Positions 18,722 to 29,106 of a stretch of DNA of 64,000 bases are shown piece after piece (the stretch's first letter is position 1; every line of letters starts with the position of its first letter). Location: NCBI GenBank assembly GCA_963823035.1, contig CAWGKG010000021.1, positions 91,819-155,818 of the forward strand, given 5' to 3'. This DNA is from an uncultured Gemmatimonadales bacterium. GTDB taxonomy: Bacteria > Gemmatimonadota > Gemmatimonadetes > Longimicrobiales > Gaopeijiaceae. Below the pieces are notes generated by a model. That model made no database searches, was not told the DNA's origin, and saw only the letters and a list, made by a program, of their open reading frames with translations. The translations under genes and the position numbers were made by a program.

Positions 18722-20693
18722 TCAGCGCGGTGTCTGTCCGCCCACCACCGCGTTCATCACCCGCTCGTAGTGCAGCCCCTTGATGGCGGCTTCGATGGCT
18801 CGGGAAAGCGTGACGCCCGGAAACCGATGGTGCCTCATCTGCACCTTCAGGTATCGGCGTGCGTTCTCGAACACGGCGCCGGGCGTCCCCGGTGGAAAGC
18901 GCATCGAGCTTCGCCCGCGCCTGCACGTCGGCCACCCAGCCGCGCACCTGCTCGAGGCGTGTGTCGGCGCGAAAGCGGACGAGGTAGTCGTGCGCCTGCC
19001 CCACCAGCTCCTCGAGCCAGGCCGGGTCGTCGCCGCCCTCCACCACGCCGTCGCGTCGCAGGCTCCTCAGCAGCCGCGCGAGTCTACGCGCATCGCTCCG
19101 CGCCCGCCGCCGGACCCTGCGGTCCAACCGGGCGGCCTGCCACAGGAGGTCGAAGTACGCACGGTCGAATCGACGGATCCCCTGCTTCCAGAACGACTCG
19201 ATCGCGCTCCTCAGGTACCGCCATTCCCTCCGCCGTCCCGAGAAGATGTGCGGAGGCACCGAGCGCAGCATGTCCAGGGCCCTGCGATAGGACTCGGCGG
19301 GACTGAAGAGACGGGAGAGGATGTCGTGGATGCCCCGGTACATCTGGTCCGCGGTCATGCCCATGGGCACGAACTGGACCTCGTCGTCCGTGTTGTTCCC
19401 CGAGTACTCGGCTGGCTGGAGCCGTCCCTCGCGTCGGAGGCGCTCCCAGAGGGGCGTATGGGGAACGGGGGTGAGCATGCCCGTCATCGCCGTGAAGATG
19501 CGCGTCCGCTTCACGAACTCGACGATCCTGTCGGCCGTGCTCGGCTCGTCGGCGTCGCCTCCGAAGATGAAACCGGCGTAGACCTCGATGCCGGCAGCCT
19601 GGATCGTGGCGATCGTCTCCGGGACGTCCACCTTCAGGTTCTGCTTCTTGTTCATCCCGCGCAGGGCGTCCTCGTCCGGTGTCTCGATGCCCAGGAAGAC
19701 CGCGTCGAAGCCCGCCTGCTTCATCTTCCCGATGAGGGGGAGCAGCTTCGGGGTGCCCAGGTTCACGCTCGCCTGCGTGTAGAAGGTGAACGGATAGGCG
19801 TGCTCGCGCTGGAACTCGATGATGGTGTCGAGGATGGCCGACGTCGCGGCCGGTGTCCCGATGAAGTTGTCGTCGACGCCGAAGACGCTGCCCCGGTATC
19901 CCGTGGCGAAGATCGCCTCCAATTCGCGTCGCACCGTCGCCGGCGCCTTGGGCCGGTTGAATCCCCCATTGAACTGGATGATGTCGCAGAAGTCGCACCG
20001 GAACGGGCACCCGGCCGTGGTCTGGATCATCATCGAGTGGTAGTCGGCCACACGCATCAGGTCCCAGCGGGGCAGCGGAACATCGTCGAGCGAGCGGAAG
20101 ATCGTCCGGTCGTTCAGGTAGTCCCTCGATCCGGGATCCACCTCGGCGACCGCGGGCGGGATGAAGAGCCGCGGGGTGCCCGGGTCGTGGACGGGGTGCT
20201 CCGCGAGCCAGGGCAGCAACGCGTCGATGGAGGCGTACGCTTCGCCCCAGACCAGGGCGTCCAGCCCGTCGTGCAGGGCCTGATCGGATTCCGACTGCGG
20301 ATGGACGATCTGGTCGCGGTAGGACGACGCGAAGGGTCCGCCGAGCACGAACGGCACGTCGAGGCCGAGAGCCGGACCCTGCAGGATATCCACCAGGGAC
20401 CGCTTCTGGATGGACATCGCGGTGACGAACACCGCATCGGCCCCGGCGATCTTCGCGCGCAGGGCTCCGTCGGAGGGCGCGCACACGTTCAGGTCGACCA
20501 GCTCGAGATCCCAATCGTCGGGAAGGTATCCCGCGAACGTCAGGATCCCGAGCGGTGGAAAGGCAGCCTTGCGCCCGATGAGGCGCATGACGTAGCGGTA
20601 GCTCCAGAAGGAATCCGGGGGAAACTCCGGCACGAGGAGCAGACCCTTCTTCGGGCCCCCGGTGTGCCGGCCCTCGCCGCGTGCTGCGGCCAT
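18722..20693 (-). CDS. B12-binding radical SAM protein, HpnP/DUF4070-like, frameshift near 18895
   Basis: PEFPPDSFWSY...AAFPPLGILT...LVDLNV, VLGGPFAS, WGEA, GCPFRCDFCDII, VDDNFIG, FLGIETP, GFIFGGD and TPLWERLRREGRL. Confidence 0.9.
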
Positions 20694-20996
20694 CGAACCA
20701 CCCTGCCCTGCAGGCGCGCGGCCTGCAACGCATCCGAGCCCGGACGGACGCTCCGCTCGCGCACCCGGATGACCTCTCACCTCGCCCTCAAGGTCGCCGG
20801 TCCGTGTCCCCCCCGGCAAGCTCCCGCACCCCACCCCCCTGACGCCCGCCTCCGCTTCCCGCTAGCTTCAGGGCTGCGGGATTCCCACCTTGAGCCCCCG
20901 GTTCCGGGGATCGCTCCTCGCACGACATCGCGCAGCCTATCGAGCCGGACACGCCGGCCGGCCTGCTGCGCGCCCTCCCGACAGGACCCAACCCTT

Positions 20997-22270
20997 TTGG
21001 CGTTTTCTGCCCTAGCGCTCCACCCGACACTCCTCCGGAGCATCGCGGACCTCGGCTTCACCACCCCGACCCCCATTCAAACCCATGCGATCGGCCCGGC
21101 CCTCGAGGGGCGGGATCTCCTCGCGTGCGCAGCGACGGGCAGCGGCAAGACCGCGGCTTTTCTGCTGCCTATCCTGCACAACCTCGTGGACCGGCCTCGC
21201 GGCACCACCCGCGCGCTCGTCCTGGCGCCCACGCGGGAACTCGCGCTGCAAATCGTGGATGACCTCGAGGGCCTCGCCCGCCACACGGGCGTGCGGGCCG
21301 CCCCCGTCTATGGAGGCGTCGGCATGCGGCCGCAGGAGACGGCTCTCCGGCGGGGTGTGGACGTCATCGTCGCCACGCCCGGTCGGCTGCTGGACCACTT
21401 CCAGCACGACTACGCCGCACTGTCCGGGCTCGAGTATCTGGTGTTGGACGAAGCGGATCGGATGCTCGACATGGGCTTCTTTCCCGACATCAAGCGGATC
21501 CTGCGCCACGTTCCGAAACCGCGGCAGACGCTCCTGTTCAGCGCCACCATGCCGCCTGCCGATCGAGGCCCTGACCCGGGAGATCCTCCGCGTCTCCGGC
21601 GCGCATCGCGCTCCAGCCCAAGGCGGCCCCGGCCCACGGGATCGAGCAGTCGGCCTATCCCGTGCACTCCACCCTCAAGGGACAGCTTCTGCTGGCGTTG
21701 CTGAACGGCGGCGGTGTGGACGACGCGCTCGTCTTCACACGGACGAAGCACAGGGCGGACCGTCTGACGCGGCTGCTCACGCGCAACGGCATCAAGGCGG
21801 AGCGCATCCACGGCAACCGGTCCCAGGCGCAGCGAACGAGGGCACTGGACGGGTTCAAGGCCGGCGACTTCCAGGTGCTGGTGGCGACGGACATCGCCGC
21901 GAGGGGCATCGACGTCGAGGCCCTGGGTCACGTGGTCAACTTCGACCTGCCCACCGTGCCCGAAGACTACATCCATCGGGTCGGCCGCACCGCGCGCGCG
22001 GGTGCCACGGGCATGGCGATCACGCTGGTCGCTCCCGAAGAGGAAGGGGACCTGGGGCGCATCGAGCGGGTTCTCGCCTCCAAGCTGTCGCGGATGCGGC
22101 TGGAGGGCTTCGCCTACGAGGCGGTGCCCGACGCGCAGCTCGCGATGCCGAGCGGGGCGAGGGTGCGGGGGCGCAGAACCGTGGCGAGGCAAGGGGCGAC
22201 GGGTGGGGGCGACCCCGACACGGACGGCGGCCGGCCGCGTCGCCGGCGCTTCGGAAGGCGCCGGCGCTGA
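20997..22270 (+). CDS. rhlE: DEAD-box ATP-dependent RNA helicase (RhlE-like), frameshifted about 21555-21600
   Basis: Q motif [39 protein letters not shown] and HRVGRTAR, with a basic tail. TTG start inferred. Confidence 0.92.
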
Positions 22271-22272
22271 CG

Positions 22273-22479
22273 TCAGCCGTGGGCCTGCGGGTCGCGCTCG
22301 GCTCTCGCGATGACGAAGGACGCGAGCGCGACCCAACGGACCGGCGTGGGGTGCAGCTCCTCGAGGATCTGGTCGGCCGTGACGCCTCGGAACGCCCCCT
22401 TGCTGTCCTTGTTCCTCATCTCGCGGTAGGCCGTGACGGCCCGGCGAACCGCGATCTCCTCGGCGTGCGTCAGGATCAT
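22273..22479 (-). CDS. Small hypothetical protein (68 aa)
   Basis: MILTHAEEIAVRRAVTAYREMRNKDSKGAFRGVTADQILEELHP...; codon use looks coding, no family recognised. Confidence 0.4.
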   Translation of the reverse strand: MILTHAEEIAVRRAVTAYREMRNKDSKGAFRGVTADQILEELHPTPVRWVALASFVIARAERDPQAHG

Positions 22480-22614
22480 GTCCGGAATGTAGCGGCACCG
22501 ACCACCGACCGCGCCGCGCACCGGTGGTCGAAAGCGCACGGCTTCGAGCATTGAGCTAGCTTTCGGTGTGACGTCCCGCCGGACTCCGGCGGGCGCTCCT
22601 ACCGGAGACAAGCC

Positions 22615-22851
22615 GTGCCCAGCACCTTCTCGATCGCTCGATCCCGTTGCTCCGTCCTGTCCGACCCGACCCTCCGCGAGGAGATCAGCTCGCACACGGG
22701 GAGTGACGCCGAGACGACGAGCATCCTCCGCACCCTCGAGCGTTTCGGTCACGATGCGTCGGTCCGCTACTTCGAATTGACGCCGAAACCCAGCCGCCGT
22801 ACGTACCAGCCGACCGCGGCGTTCGCGTGGACGGTGACCGCCGTACGCTAG
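22615..22851 (+). CDS. Small hypothetical protein (78 aa)
   Basis: GGAG before GTG 22615 and coding-like codon use. No family recognised. Confidence 0.4.
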   Translation: MPSTFSIARSRCSVLSDPTLREEISSHTGSDAETTSILRTLERFGHDASVRYFELTPKPSRRTYQPTAAFAWTVTAVR

Positions 22852-22886
22852 GGAGCCAGGGCGATTGCGCTGCCTGAGGGCGCGAC

Positions 22887-24386
22887 TCAGACGTCGCTGA
22901 GCATCCTCTCCACGGCCTCGCTCAGGGACTCGATCGAGAAGGGCTTCCTCAGATAGCCCATCCGGCGGTCCAGCATGCCGAGGTGGCCGACGGCTTCGTC
23001 GCTGTGTCCCCACACGAAGAGGATGCGCAGCTCCGGATAGGTCACGGTGAGCTCGGCTCCGAGCTCGCGCGCCGTCGAGAGGGACAGGTCCGTGACCAGG
23101 AGGTCGATGGCCGCATGGCCACGCTCGAGCGCGGCGAGCGCCCCCGTGGGCGTGGCGGCCGAGAGCACACTGTAGTCGAGGCTCTCGAGCACACGGCAGG
23201 TGAGGCTGCGTGCCACGTCCTCCTCCTCCACGACGAGCACGCTCCGGCGCGGGCGCGGCTCGGCGCCGATCGAGGCGCGGGTCGCAACCGGAGCCACCGT
23301 GCCCGACCGGGGCAGGAGGATGTCGAACGCGGCTCCACGACCCACCGACGACGCGACGCTGATGAACCCACCGCTCTGGCGGACGATGCCATAGGCCATC
23401 GAGAGGCCGAGGCCCGTGCCCCGCGGGGGCGGCTTGGTGGTGAAGAAGGGCTCGAACACACGCGCACGGGTCATGTCGTCCATGCCGACTCCCGTGTCAC
23501 TCAGCGTCAATTCGGCGTAGTCTCCGGGAGGGATCGTGACCCCGCTCCGGGCCGTGTCGCAGGTGAAGGAGACATTCCCCGTGGACACCGTGAGCGTGCC
23601 GCCGTCCGGCATGGCATCCTGCGCGTTCACGGCCAGATTCACGATCACCTGTTCCAACTGCCGGGGATCCACGTGGACGGACCACGCGTCCGGGTCGAGG
23701 TGGAGCCTGACCTCCACCTGGCCGCCGATCGCTCCGCGCAGCAAGGGCTCGGCATGGAGCACCGCGTCGTTGAGGGGCACGACCTCGACCCGCATCACCT
23801 GCCGGCGGCCGAAGGCGAGGAGCTGACCGGTGAGGGACGCCGCGCGGTCGGCTGCGCCCCGGACGTCGGCCAGGTCGGCAGCCGCTTCCGGATCCCCGCC
23901 GACGTACGCGCCGAGGAGCTCGACGCCCGCGATGATCGCGGTCAGCGCGTTGTTGAAGTCGTGGGCGATACCGCCGGCGAGGCGGCCGACCGCCTCCATC
24001 TTCTGTGCCTGCTGCAGCTCGTGTTGCAGCTGCACGCGCGCGGTCACGTCGCTGACCGTGGCGATGCGCACCGCGCGCCCGTCCACGACCGTGTCTCTCG
24101 CCCAGACATCGACGCTGAAGACCGTCCCGTCCTTGCGTTGGTGCCGGATGGCGGTCGCCTTCCAGAAGCCGTGCGGCATCTCCGAAAGCACCCGATGGGC
24201 TTCCGCGCGGCCTTCCGGTGGCCGGACCTCGAGCGCGGGGAGCCCGATGAATTCCCCGCGCGAATACCCGTATTGCCGCACTGCGGCCTGGTTGATGTCG
24301 ACGATGCTCCACGATTCCGCGTCGATCATCAGAACAGGGAGCGCAACGGCTTCGAAGATCTGTCTGTACCGATCCGCGTCCGACAT
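22887..24386 (-). CDS. PAS - histidine kinase - receiver hybrid sensor
   Basis: PAS (INQAAVRQYGYSRGEF...RKDGT), H-box AGGIAHDFNN, NLAVNAQDAM, DTGVGM, FFTTK and GTGLGL, followed by an atypical REC. Start could be 24473. Confidence 0.93.
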   Translation of the reverse strand: MSDADRYRQIFEAVALPVLMIDAESWSIVDINQAAVRQYGYSRGEFIGLPALEVRPPEGRAEAHRVLSEMPHGFWKATAIRHQRKDGTVFSVDVWARDTVVDGRAVRIATVSDVTARVQLQHELQQAQKMEAVGRLAGGIAHDFNNALTAIIAGVELLGAYVGGDPEAAADLADVRGAADRAASLTGQLLAFGRRQVMRVEVVPLNDAVLHAEPLLRGAIGGQVEVRLHLDPDAWSVHVDPRQLEQVIVNLAVNAQDAMPDGGTLTVSTGNVSFTCDTARSGVTIPPGDYAELTLSDTGVGMDDMTRARVFEPFFTTKPPPRGTGLGLSMAYGIVRQSGGFISVASSVGRGAAFDILLPRSGTVAPVATRASIGAEPRPRRSVLVVEEEDVARSLTCRVLESLDYSVLSAATPTGALAALERGHAAIDLLVTDLSLSTARELGAELTVTYPELRILFVWGHSDEAVGHLGMLDRRMGYLRKPFSIESLSEAVERMLSDV

Positions 24387-24677
24387 GCCCGGAGGGCTCT
24401 CCGGCCACTCGAGGTCCGGGGGCCGATCAACCTGGTCTGCGCTCAATATCCCACCTGTCGAGCCCCTCGACATCGCTGACCGGATGCCGGCGGCGCTGAT
24501 CCCGTCGATGTGCCTCGCGGACGTACCTCTACCCGGAGGCCAGCCACGGGTTCTGCGAGTCGGACCGCCCCGAGTTCGACGCAGACGCGAGCGATGACCC
24601 CTTCTTGCGTCCCGACCGCCTCGCGTGCATGGATGCCAAGATCGATGCCCGTCACCCCGGCCGGAGCCGCCCTACCC

Positions 24678-25556
24678 ATGCCCGTCGCCCTCGCCCTCCT
24701 GTATGCGCTCGTCGGGGGCGCGCTCCATCCCGTCCCGCGCCCCGCGTCGGTCCCTCCCTCACCCGCGGCCGGCCCGATCGCCGACTCCACGTACGAAGTC
24801 TACGCCGTCCGATACGCGACCCTCCCTTCCTTCCCGGTCCGCGGACTCGTGGCGGGTGCCGACTCGAGCCGTACGATGGACGTGGCGATGATGGTGTGGG
24901 TCCTGCGGGCGTCCGACGGGCGCGTGGTGCTCGTCGACGCGGGCTTCCACCGGGAGAAGTTCCTGGAGCGGTGGAAGCCGGTCGGGTTCGTGCGTCCGTC
25001 CGAGGCGCTCGCACCCCTGGACCTCACCCCCGCCGACGTCACGGACCTGGTGGTGACGCACATCCACTGGGATCACGTCGACGGCGTGGACCTGTTCCCG
25101 AACGCACGTGTGTGGATCCAGCGAGAGGAGTACACGCATCACGTCGGGGAGGACGGGAGCGTGCTCGATCGTGCGATCGACCCTGCGGACGCGGAGATGT
25201 TGTTCGATCTGCGTCAGCGGGGGAGCGTCGAGCTGGTGGATGGAGACGCACGGGAGATCCTCCCGGGGATCACCGTCTACCTCGGCGGGCGGCACACGTG
25301 GGCCTCGCAGTATGTGAGCGTTCGCACCGCGGAAGGAACGGTCGTGATCGCTTCGGACAACTGCTACCTGTACGAGAACCTCGATCGGGGCGTGGCGATC
25401 GCACAGACGCTCGATGCAGCGTCGAACCTGGCGGCGCAGGCGCGCATGCGCACGCTGGCCGCGGATGCCCGGCTCATCGTGCCGGGGCACGACCCGGAGG
25501 TCTTCTCGCGCTTTCCGAGCGTCCGGGAGGGGGTGGCGCGGATCGTGGGGAGGTAG
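24678..25556 (+). CDS. Metallo-beta-lactamase fold hydrolase, N-acyl homoserine lactonase-like, with signal peptide
   Basis: VLVDAGF, THIHWDH (HxHxDH), GRHT, IASD and VPGHDP. Confidence 0.88.
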   Translation: MPVALALLYALVGGALHPVPRPASVPPSPAAGPIADSTYEVYAVRYATLPSFPVRGLVAGADSSRTMDVAMMVWVLRASDGRVVLVDAGFHREKFLERWKPVGFVRPSEALAPLDLTPADVTDLVVTHIHWDHVDGVDLFPNARVWIQREEYTHHVGEDGSVLDRAIDPADAEMLFDLRQRGSVELVDGDAREILPGITVYLGGRHTWASQYVSVRTAEGTVVIASDNCYLYENLDRGVAIAQTLDAASNLAAQARMRTLAADARLIVPGHDPEVFSRFPSVREGVARIVGR

Positions 25557-25584
25557 CCGATACGAGGACGAGATCGCCGCTGCG

Positions 25585-26343
25585 TCAGGGACGCATCGGC
25601 GGAGGACGCAGTTGTCCGGAGGGCCGCTCGACGATCTCCGCGTGGATCAGACGGTCGAGGAGCGGGAACGCTTCGTCGAGATAGGCGTTTCCGCCTTCGA
25701 TGATCTCACCCTGACGACGCTGGCGCACGCCGCTCCCGGACCGCTCGCCGTACCCCGAGTAGAGGCTGTCCAGGACGTCCATTCCCTCGACCACCTGTCC
25801 GAAGACCGCGAACGGGTCGCCGTCGTTGCGGGTGTTGTCGGCCAGGTTGACGTAGATCTGGGTGTTGGAGGTGCCCGGCACCGTGTCCCGGGCGAAGGCG
25901 AACGTGCCGCGCACGTTGCTGCCGACCTTAGGATCGTCCGGGAACTGGGCGTGGAGCCACGCCTGGTTCACGGCCGGATCGCCGCTCAGGCCCCACTGCG
26001 CGATGTAGCCGGACCGCACCCGGTGGAAGCGCACGTCGTCGTAGTAGCCGAGGCGGATCAGGTTGTAGAACCGGTCCGAGCCGTTGGGCGCGTGCGCGCG
26101 CACGCAGCGTACGACGAAGGCGCCCTTCGTGGTCTCGAAGCGAGCATACCAGACGGGAGGTGAGCCGCGCCTCCATTCGGCGTTCGACGGATCCAACAGG
26201 AGCGCCCGGCGATCCTGCGTCTGGAACGCCGGAAAGGTCGCCGGCGCGTCGCCGCCGCGGGGCCCGGGAGACGCCGGCAGGACGGGCGCCGAGACGATCA
26301 GCGGCGCGAAACCGAGGGTGAGGTACCAGCGCGTAGGCTTCAT
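25585..26343 (-). CDS. Cyclophilin-type peptidyl-prolyl isomerase, exported
   Basis: FETTKGAF, YYDDVRFHRV, SNVRGTFAFA, TQIYVNLADN and FGQVVEGMDVLD. Confidence 0.92.
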   Translation of the reverse strand: MKPTRWYLTLGFAPLIVSAPVLPASPGPRGGDAPATFPAFQTQDRRALLLDPSNAEWRRGSPPVWYARFETTKGAFVVRCVRAHAPNGSDRFYNLIRLGYYDDVRFHRVRSGYIAQWGLSGDPAVNQAWLHAQFPDDPKVGSNVRGTFAFARDTVPGTSNTQIYVNLADNTRNDGDPFAVFGQVVEGMDVLDSLYSGYGERSGSGVRQRRQGEIIEGGNAYLDEAFPLLDRLIHAEIVERPSGQLRPPPMRP

Positions 26344-27173
26344 GGGTCGGTCCGTTGGGGTCGATGTTCGGCGAACAGGGCGCGCGGCGTGTCGCTCGAC
26401 ACCCTGCGCCTGAGCGCCGGATCCGGGCTCCACGCCTCCAGCGTGCGGAAGACGTCGTTCGAGTCGACGGCCGACTCCGTGTAGACGTGGGGCCAGTCAC
26501 TTCCCCAGACGCATGAGTCGGGGTTCGCTTCGAGCAGCACCCGCGCCAGCGGCACCGCATCCGGCCACGGAGGCGGACCGCTCGAGACGCGGTAGGGCGC
26601 AGACAGCTTGACGAAACATGCGCCGTCGCGCACGGCCTCGACCAAGGTCCTGAAGGCGGGCGTGTGGGCGCCGGCTTCGCCGGTCAGCCGTGGTCTGCCC
26701 ATGTGGTCGATCGAGACCGGCACGCCGAAGCCCTCGACGAGGGTGCGCAGGTCCGCCACCGAGTCCAGCAGAACGTGGAGCTCGACATGCCAGCCCAGGG
26801 CCCGCAGGACCGGCGCCCACCCGCGGACGACGTCCAATCCCAGGCCTCCCGGGTTGATCACGTTGCAGCGCACAGCGCGCACGCCGCGCTCGTGGAGGCG
26901 CTCGAGATCGCGCGGCGTCGCGTCGGGATCGGGCACGGCCACACCCGTCAGGCGTCCATCGGCGCGGTCCAGCGCGTCGAGCAGACAGCGGTTGTCGAAC
27001 CGGTAGATGCTCGGCTGCACCAGCACCCCGTTCGTGTAGCCATGCCGATCGAGCAGGGCCAGATAGTCCTCGAGCGTCGCGACCGCCGGATCGTAGCCGC
27101 GCCCGTCCCACATCGGGAACCGGTCCGGAGCGCCGATGACGTGCGCGTGGCAGTCCCACAGGGCAGGGCTCAA
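26340..27173 (-). CDS. Amidohydrolase_2 family (LigI / sugar-acid lactonase-like)
   Basis: WDCHAHVIG, VLVQPSIY, IDHMG, VKLSAPYR and WGSDWPH. The TTG start overlaps the upstream stop and its own stop overlaps the cyclophilin ATG. Confidence 0.88.
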   Translation of the reverse strand: MSPALWDCHAHVIGAPDRFPMWDGRGYDPAVATLEDYLALLDRHGYTNGVLVQPSIYRFDNRCLLDALDRADGRLTGVAVPDPDATPRDLERLHERGVRAVRCNVINPGGLGLDVVRGWAPVLRALGWHVELHVLLDSVADLRTLVEGFGVPVSIDHMGRPRLTGEAGAHTPAFRTLVEAVRDGACFVKLSAPYRVSSGPPPWPDAVPLARVLLEANPDSCVWGSDWPHVYTESAVDSNDVFRTLEAWSPDPALRRRVSSDTPRALFAEHRPQRTDP

Positions 27174-27899
27174 GGCGAGCGCCCGTCGATGAGGAAGTCG
27201 AAGTCGCACCCGCCGTCGGCCTGGAGAACGTGCTCGGCGTAGAGGCGCGCGTAGCCCCGAGGAGGTAGCGCCGGAGGTACGATCTCCCGGCGGCGCCGCG
27301 CGAGCTCGTCGTCGTCGACCAGCAGGTCGAGCCGTCGCGCGGCCACGTCCAGGCGAACGATGTCGCCGTCCCGGACCAGCGCCAGCGGTCCCCCGACCGC
27401 GGCCTCCGGCGCGGCGTGCAGGATCACGGTTCCGCTCGCCGTCCCGCTCATGCGCGCATCGGAGACGCGCACCATGTCCTTCACGCCCTGGCGCGCGAGC
27501 TTCGCGGGAATCGGCACGGACCCGGCTTCGGGCATGCCGGGCCCGCTCGCCGCGGCCGCTTTCAGCACCGCGCCATCCGGCGCCAGGTTGCCACGGAGCG
27601 CGACGATGGCCGGGCCGGGCGCTACGGGGTCCGTCGCGTCGCGGATGACGCGGCCGTCGACCCACTCGGGCCAGTCGTCGAGCACGTCGCCGAGCTTCCG
27701 ACCGTCGGCGGTCGTCGTCGAGCGATCCAGACGCGGGAGACGCCGCATCAGCGCGGGAAGACCGCCGGCACCGTGGAAGTCCTGCATGAAGCCGGTGCCG
27801 ACCGGCTTGAGATCGACGAGCACGGGCACGTCACCGCCGACACGGTCGATGTCGCCGAGATCGAAGGGGATGCCGGCGCGGCCGGCGATCGCGGCGAGG
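27170..27899 (-). pseudogene. ilvD: IlvD/Edd family dehydratase, C-terminal fragment with internal deletion near 27545
   Basis: LAAIAGRAGI, VLVDLKPVG, LRGNLAPDGAVLK, PGMPEAG, SDARMSGT and HAAPEAAVGGPLALV. The N-terminal half is missing. Confidence 0.88.
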
Positions 27900-28365
27900 G
27901 TTGGATTCGCCGTCCCAGAGCCATCTCCACATCGAGGACGTCGAAGTAGCTTCCCGACACGGCCTCGAGGAAGACCACCTCCGTGGACGTCTCGTGGCGG
28001 ATGCTGGCGGCGTACCCGGCCCGCACCGCCGCCATGCCCTGGAAAGCCGCGTCGCCCGTGCGGGCGTAGTCCACATAGTCCAGGTACGAGAGGTCACCGA
28101 AGGGATCCTGTGCCGTGCGGTCGTGGAGTTGCACCAGGCCGCGGGCGTCCGCCCCCGGAAAGGGCTGACGGAATCCGTTGACGTAGGCGAAGACGCCCAC
28201 CCCCGCCGAAAGGCCCAGGGCGAGGATCCCGACGGCCAGCCCCGTGTGGACGGGACGTCGCCGCACGCCGCGCCAGGCGGTCTTCAGGTCCGTGAGCAGG
28301 TGGCTGGAGGCGGTTGCGGGCAGGATCGCCATCAGTGCCAGCGGGAGCGTGCGGACGCGTATCAT
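27900..28365 (-). pseudogene. N-terminal fragment of ADOP/MacB permease preceded by an unrelated-looking signal peptide
   Basis: LLTDLKTAWRGVRRRP...ILALGLSAGVGVFAYVNG...SYLDYVDY...VSGSYFDVLDVEMALGR, then an abrupt switch to ilvD sequence. Confidence 0.8.
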
Positions 28366-28393
28366 GGACGTCCACCCGGTCTCGAGGGCCGAA

Positions 28394-28891
28394 TCACCCT
28401 CCCTCGCCGGTCCTCCGGCCGAACTCCCGATCGAGCATGAGCAGGGCGGCGTCGTTGTCGCCCGCCCGGACGAGCAGGTCGACGGCGCGCTGGGCGTTCT
28501 CCTCCTCTTCCACCTGCTCGGTGACGAACCAGTCCAGCTCCCGCTCGGTCGCCAGGTCCTTCTTCTTCGTGGCGAGGTGGAACAGCGCGTGGATGGAGGC
28601 CGTTACCGCCTGTTCGTGATCGAGCGCGGTCCGGAATGCGTCGAGGGGTCGGCCGAAGTTCTCCGGGGGTGCTTCGACGGCCTGCAGCACGACCCGACCT
28701 CCGCGGCGGTTCACATATCCGAAGAGGCGCATGGCGTGCTGTAGCTCCTCCGCCGCCTGCGTGCGCATCCAGCGGGCGAACCCGTCGAACGCCTCGTGCT
28801 CGAACTGGGCCGCCATGCTCAGGTACACGTAGCCGGAGGATAGCTCCAACCGGATCTGATCGTTCAGGGCCTTGAGAACCGCCTCGTCCAT
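28394..28891 (-). CDS. ftnA: Non-heme ferritin
   Basis: ALNDQIRLELSSGYVYLSM, QAAEELQHAM, HEQAVT and WFVTEQVEEE (ferroxidase ligands). Confidence 0.95.
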   Translation of the reverse strand: MDEAVLKALNDQIRLELSSGYVYLSMAAQFEHEAFDGFARWMRTQAAEELQHAMRLFGYVNRRGGRVVLQAVEAPPENFGRPLDAFRTALDHEQAVTASIHALFHLATKKKDLATERELDWFVTEQVEEEENAQRAVDLLVRAGDNDAALLMLDREFGRRTGEGG

Positions 28892-29106
28892 GGGAAGCAC
28901 GTCCTGGTGGGTGTTCGAGGTGTTGGAACCGATCCATACCCTCCCGCGCGGCGGCGGTGCCAACGCTGGGGCGTCGGGCACCAGCCCCACGAGCCCGCCG
29001 CGCGCTACGCGCCCCCTACAGGCCGGGTCGGGGATCTCCCGACTGGACGGACCGGGGCTTTCGTGGGACGGTGAAGGATCCTCATCGCCCTGCCGGAGGG
29101 TCCAAC

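Noticed and set aside
18780..21704. 974-aa plus-strand ORF ending in helicase motifs
   Set aside because: The first ~740 aa are the antisense shadow of the radical SAM gene plus intergenic DNA. The helicase begins near 20997.
28306..28312. GGAGGCG at the 28305 junction, the same heptamer as at the tex duplication ends, as a recombinase site
   Set aside because: It is a common Ala-Ser codon word in this GC-rich DNA and is not seen at the other junctions.
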